Source: Asterias rubens
Lineage: Eukaryota
Reading direction: 5' to 3'
Assembly: GCF_902459465.1 (NCBI RefSeq)
Contig: NC_047080.1
Coordinates: 4,712,001 to 4,776,000 of the forward strand
DNA: 64,000 bases
The notes beneath the pieces were generated by a model that was given only the letters and a program-made list of their open reading frames with translations, was not told the DNA's origin and ran no database searches. Within the stretch, counting starts at the first letter, position 1; every line of letters starts with the position of its first letter. The position numbers were made by a program, and so were the translations under genes. Below, piece after piece: positions 60,003 through 64,000 of this stretch.

Positions 60003-60685
60003 TAACGGAACATTACAGAATTGGTTTTGCTAACAAAACTGTTGCTGGCAGTGTAAACATTTTATGTAATCCATCATAAACATAAACTGACAAACCTGTA
60101 GAAATATAGAAAGGTTTGCGATAACACCATGTAATGACTATCTCTAATGAGTTGGGGTGGTTCTGAAAAGAACCGTTGGTTTCAACTCGACAGTTCGATC
60201 AGTATGCTCTGATCGTCTTCTTCTACAGCTATCTCCAAAGACGCTCAGAGCATACTGATCGAAACGTTGAGTTGAAACCAACGGTTCTTTTCAGAACCAC
60301 CCCACCCCAACTCATTAGAGATAGTCATTACATGGTGTTACCACAAACCTTTGTATATCGTATTTCCACCATGCAAAGTTTCAAATCCTACAAACCTGTA
60401 GAAGTTTGAGATCAATCGGCCAGCTGGGTCTCAAGAGAATAATGAAAAAACAGTTAAAAATTTTGCATTGCATCGATGCCAAAACAAAAATGAGTAAATG
60501 CTCACTGAGCGATAAACTCCACACGCGAAATTAGATTATTTATTTCTCATCAAATATGACATTTCAGACACAAATATTTCAAGGGATGTTTTCTCTTATC
60601 ATCATTATTAGAGCGTGTAAGTTTTATAGTAAGTCTGTGATCTTCACGATTTATGTTTCTTACCAACTCCGTAACGTTCCTTAAA
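60003..60685 (+). mobile_element. Kolobok-like MITE (GGAAC-type termini) interrupted by a hammerhead-like palindromic insert
   Basis: ggaacattacagaattgg ... ccaactccgtaacgttccttaa; family subterminal block split at acaaacctgtagaa. Confidence 0.7.
60104..60389. mobile_element. Palindromic hammerhead-like short element, copy 2, flanked by a 14-bp TSD
   Basis: acaaacctgtagaa at 60090-60103 and 60390-60403; same inverted unit. Confidence 0.83.
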
Positions 60686-60896
60686 AAAAATACTAACGCT
60701 AGCTGCAGCAAAAATAAGTTCTGTAAAATAAAGAACGAGAAAGGTTTTGATTTTTGCTTGTTTTAGGCTTGCCTTTTGTTACTCCTAGAACTATGAGGTT
60801 GGTTCCGCTATCTTCTCATTGAGATCATAGCAGAACGTCGTAACAAACCTCATTGTTCTAGGAGTACATGGAGCAGTATGAGATCTACTATTTTAC

Positions 60897-61151
60897 CTCT
60901 ACTAATTGTGCCTGCAGTCCATCCCTGTCTTCATCCAGTTCACCATAAATGCTCATAACTTTGAGAAGAGATGCGTATGAATAGACATGTCTCCAGGCTA
61001 TGTTGACATCCTTCCAGTGACCCGTGTTGAGCTTCTCCCAGCTGAAGTTCAGAAGATCCTCTGATTTAGCAGAGCTTTGTTGAAGATCACTTTGGAAGAC
61101 ATCTTCTGCACAGTCTTGGAGTAGAGAGTGGACATCATGACCAACTGTCTC
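60897..61151 (-). CDS. KDM8: KDM8 coding exon 2 (85 codons; ETVGHDV...LLNFSWEKLNTGHWKDVNIAWRHVYSYASLLK...QLVE)
   Basis: aaacag| acceptor, GAG|gtaaaa donor, open frame; SWEKLNTGxWxDV..WR.VY is the KDM8 N-terminal motif. Confidence 0.93.
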
Positions 61152-61186
61152 CTGTTTATTAGGTTAGAGGAAATAAATTCAACTTT

Positions 61187-61452
61187 AGTAGGATTTGAAA
61201 CGTTGCATGGTGGAAATATGATATGGAAAGGTTTGCTGTAACACATTGGCATGACTATCTCTACTAAATGAGTTGGGGTGGTTCTAAAAGAACTTTTCGA
61301 TCAGTACGCTCCGAGTCTGATCGTCTTCTGGAGAAAGCTCAGGAGACGACTACTTAGTTAGAGCATACTGATTGAAACGTCCAGTAGAAACCAACGGTTC
61401 TTTTCAAAACCACCCCAACTCATAGAGATAGTCATTATGGTGTTGCCGCAAA
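61187..61452. mobile_element. Palindromic hammerhead-like short element, copy 3 (more diverged)
   Basis: Same two-arm geometry; fragments also at about 53920-53965 and 29905-29935. Confidence 0.75.
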
Positions 61453-61578
61453 ATTCAACTTAGTAGCCTAAGTAACACTAACAATAATGGTAATTTATTC
61501 TTATTTAGCGTTTCACAATAAAAAATCTCAAAACGATGTACACTGGAGACAGTTTAAATATATTATTATTAACATTCA

Positions 61579-61969
61579 AGGAACACGTTGCCTTGGATCG
61601 GACGAGTTGGTCTATGAAAAGCGTTTGAAACCGTTTGTTATGAAATGCATATGGTTAGAAAGATGTTTTAAAAGTAGAATATAATGATCCACACAAGTAT
61701 CACTCAAAATTGCACGGTTTTCATTTTACGTCGCAAACTAACATGGTCGGCCATTTTTTTATGGGAGTCAAAGTTTTGACGGACTCCCATAAATGGCCGA
61801 CCATGTTTGTCAACGAGGTAAAACGAAAACCATGCCATTTCGAGGCATATTTGTGTAGATCATTGTATTCTACTTTTAAAACATCTTTCTAACCATATCG
61901 ATGTTATAACAAACGGTTACAGGACGCTTTTCAAAGACCAACTCGACCGACCCAAGGCAACGTGTTCCT
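61579..61969. mobile_element. Almost fully palindromic Kolobok-like MITE family C (about 390 bp) in KDM8 intron 1
   Basis: AGGAACACGTTGCCTTGG ... CCAAGGCAACGTGTTCCT; arms pair to the centre (tatgggagtc/gactcccata); degenerate TTAA flanks. Confidence 0.85.
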
Positions 61970-62436
61970 AAAAGCTAAAGAGAGATTAAGCAAAAATACA
62001 GCAAGAATCCAGACACAATTTGCACAGGAAAAATCAACACAAATTCACAATGTAATAAAAACCACAAGGGAAACTTGTGGAGGTCGTTGGTTCGAATCCC
62101 ACTCCAGTCAATTCTTTGTTCTTTGTAATTTTGACAATTACAATTGTAATTATTAAAGTACTAACTAAGTAGGCCCAACCATCTCCATTTATGGCCCCAC
62201 TTGTGTGGCCAAGGAAGAAGGATCTAGCTGACTCCTTAAGGATTCAGCTATCCTTGGCCACACAAGCGGGGCTACTCCCATGGCCTAACATAACATGTTT
62301 TCCAATAATATAATAATTAATAATTGAATTGAAGAAGAAAGGTAATTGAAATTTTGAAAATTAGTGAATACAAACATTATTAAAACAAAGTCGCTATAAA
62401 TAATTAATAATGATGTCAATGAATTCGAACGTCTAC

Positions 62437-62511
62437 CTTCAAAATGTCTTCCAAATGTAGTTCATTTATGTTTTTTGGGAGCAATGTTCTTACATGTGGT
62501 AATCTCTCCAT
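62437..62511 (-). CDS. KDM8: KDM8/JMJD5 coding exon 1 (MERLPHVRTLLPKNINELHLEDILK)
   Basis: ATG with an in-frame upstream TAA; AAG|gtagac donor in phase 0 matching exon 2; RTLLPKNINELHL resembles the human KDM8 N-terminal RALLPHSKEDLKL (recalled). Confidence 0.75.
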
Positions 62512-62830
62512 TGCATCGTTTGTGGTTTAATAGACAAAACGTGTTGTTACCGTTTATTTTAAGACGACATTATTTTGTACCCCTGACTGCGCGCCGACAT
62601 GTTTAACTCAAGTGCCAGCAAGAGAGGGCGCACTTTAAGAATAACCATAGAATTAGAAGAGAACACCCTTTCTATTTCTTCGCACTTGAATAACCATAGA
62701 ATTAGAAGAGAACAACCTTTCTATTTCTATGAGAAAGTACTTTCTGCCAACAAAATAAAAGTAATTATTTAGAAAAGATTGTGTAAAATGTATTTTGCCA
62801 ACCTACATAGTGAGATAATCAACTTCGGTA
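62512..62830 (-). promoter_or_regulatory. Inferred KDM8 5' UTR and core promoter, with a CTCF-like AGAGGGCGC core at about 62621-62633
   Basis: Position directly upstream of the start codon, CpG-containing patch (gcgcgccgac), bounded by a MITE at 62838. No TSS evidence. Confidence 0.4.
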
Positions 62831-62837
62831 GCTCAGA

Positions 62838-63187
62838 CGTCAGTAGGGACTTTTCGTTTTCGACGATGGATGGTTCTGCGACGGTTGTTCAGCTAAACGT
62901 TGTCGTTTTCAGCACAACGAAGATTCATCCCAAGTACTATCGTAGAAATTGAGACTTTTATTCAGCCATGGGTCAGGCCACAAGATTAGGGTTCGTTTTC
63001 GACGACGGATGGTTCTGCGACGGTAAAGATGACATTTGGCATCATCTGCGCATGCGTCGGCTTTGAGGACGGTCGTCCCTCAATTTCTACGACAGTACTA
63101 TGAATCTTCGTTGTGCTGAAAACGACGTTTAGCTGAACAACCGTCGCAGAACCATCCGTCGTCGAAAACGAAAAGTCCCTATTGACG
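62838..63187. mobile_element. Palindromic Harbinger-like MITE upstream of KDM8
   Basis: acgtcagtagggacttttcgttttcgacga ... tcgtcgaaaacgaaaagtccctattgacgt; about 115-bp arms with an internal partial third copy. Confidence 0.8.
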
Positions 63188-64000
63188 TAGACTGTGCGTG
63201 TATACAACGTATACAAAGACACGGCGCAGTCAGGATTCCAACCAACAATAAAGGGGTCATTCAAAAAATAGGCCCGGACAATTAAAAACTTTCAGCAACG
63301 CTCTGGAATAACTCTGGAACTAAAAAAGCTAGAGAGTTGCAGTTTGTACCTTAGTCATCCTGTCATGTCCCTGCATCCATTTTTTAAAGGTTTAGGGCGA
63401 CTTGCACACTTCTTGATAGAAAAAAGCTCAAGTAAGCGGGGTTGCTCAGAAACGATTTCAACAGCCTCCACAACGAGAGTTTTGTGCACAGAGCTGTCGG
63501 AGAGAAAAACAAAATGTACAACGGGTAATTTCGATCCCAGTATCATGCTCAATCTTCAAAATTTTACCACCACAGGATTGCCATGTTCAAGGGCGATCCT
63601 CTCGTACAAAACTTAATGCTCTGACGATTTTTAAGGCGGGGCTAGATGCGACGGCGCGAGCAGGCACCCATTAGAAATTGACGTGGACTGTGCGTGTATA
63701 CAACGTATACAAAGACACGGCGCAGTCAGGATTCCAACCAACAATAAAGGGGTCATTCAAAAAATAGGCCCGGACAATTAAAAACTTTCAGCAACGCTCT
63801 GGAATAACTCTGGAACAAAAAATGCTAGGGAGATGCAGTTTGTACCTTAGTCATTCTGGCATGTTCCTGCGTCCATTTTTTAAAGGTTTAGGGCGACTTG
63901 CACACTTCTTGATAGAAAAAAGCTCAAGTAGGCGGGGTTGCTCAGAAACGATTTCAACAACCTCCACTATGGGAGTTTGGTGCACAGAGCTGTCGGACAG
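63181..64000. repeat. Tandem repeat, about 496-bp unit, at least 1.65 copies, running off the window
   Basis: attgacgt.gactgtgcgtgtatacaacgtatacaaagacacggcgcagtcagg starts at 63181 and 63677; the copies are highly similar. Confidence 0.93.

Noticed and set aside
23600-60700. Orientation bias of MITEs inside KDM8 (about 12 plus versus 4 minus)
   Set aside because: Too few copies, some fragmentary; not distinguishable from chance by eye.
63615-63690. Hammerhead in the 496-bp unit (CTGACGA at about 63620 and GAAA at about 63674)
   Set aside because: No helix II between the two motifs and no helix I or III pairing.

Overview
Eukaryotic, repeat-dense animal genomic DNA, not prokaryotic. An invertebrate deuterostome, probably an echinoderm, is inferred from the repeat content and is not provable here. 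One host gene is well supported: KDM8/JMJD5 (JmjC hydroxylase) on the minus strand, reconstructed by hand as 8 coding exons from 62511 down to 23268 (about 439 aa), with introns up to about 20 kb. The rest is dominated by mobile and repeated DNA: about 20 copies of TTAA-flanked Kolobok-like MITEs, other palindromic MITEs, tRNA-derived SINEs with CORE-, Deu- and V/Meta-like bodies, 3' fragments of L2 and RTE LINEs, a 3.55-kb foldback element with about 1-kb TIRs, and several minisatellites including a 3-kb array of 104-bp G-rich units. The most unusual signals are (i) a family of about 300-bp palindromic elements carrying minimal hammerhead-ribozyme-like motifs on both strands (Penelope/retrozyme-like), one with a 14-bp target-site duplication, plus a canonical minimal hammerhead at 18040-18083, and (ii) several stop-poor but broken plus-strand reading frames between about 6.4 and 29.5 kb that I cannot assign to a family and that may be relics of a large decayed element or pseudogene. 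Nearly all ORFs in the supplied track are artefacts of repeats. Repeat boundaries are approximate (about 10-20 bp); family assignments are from recalled motifs, not database searches.
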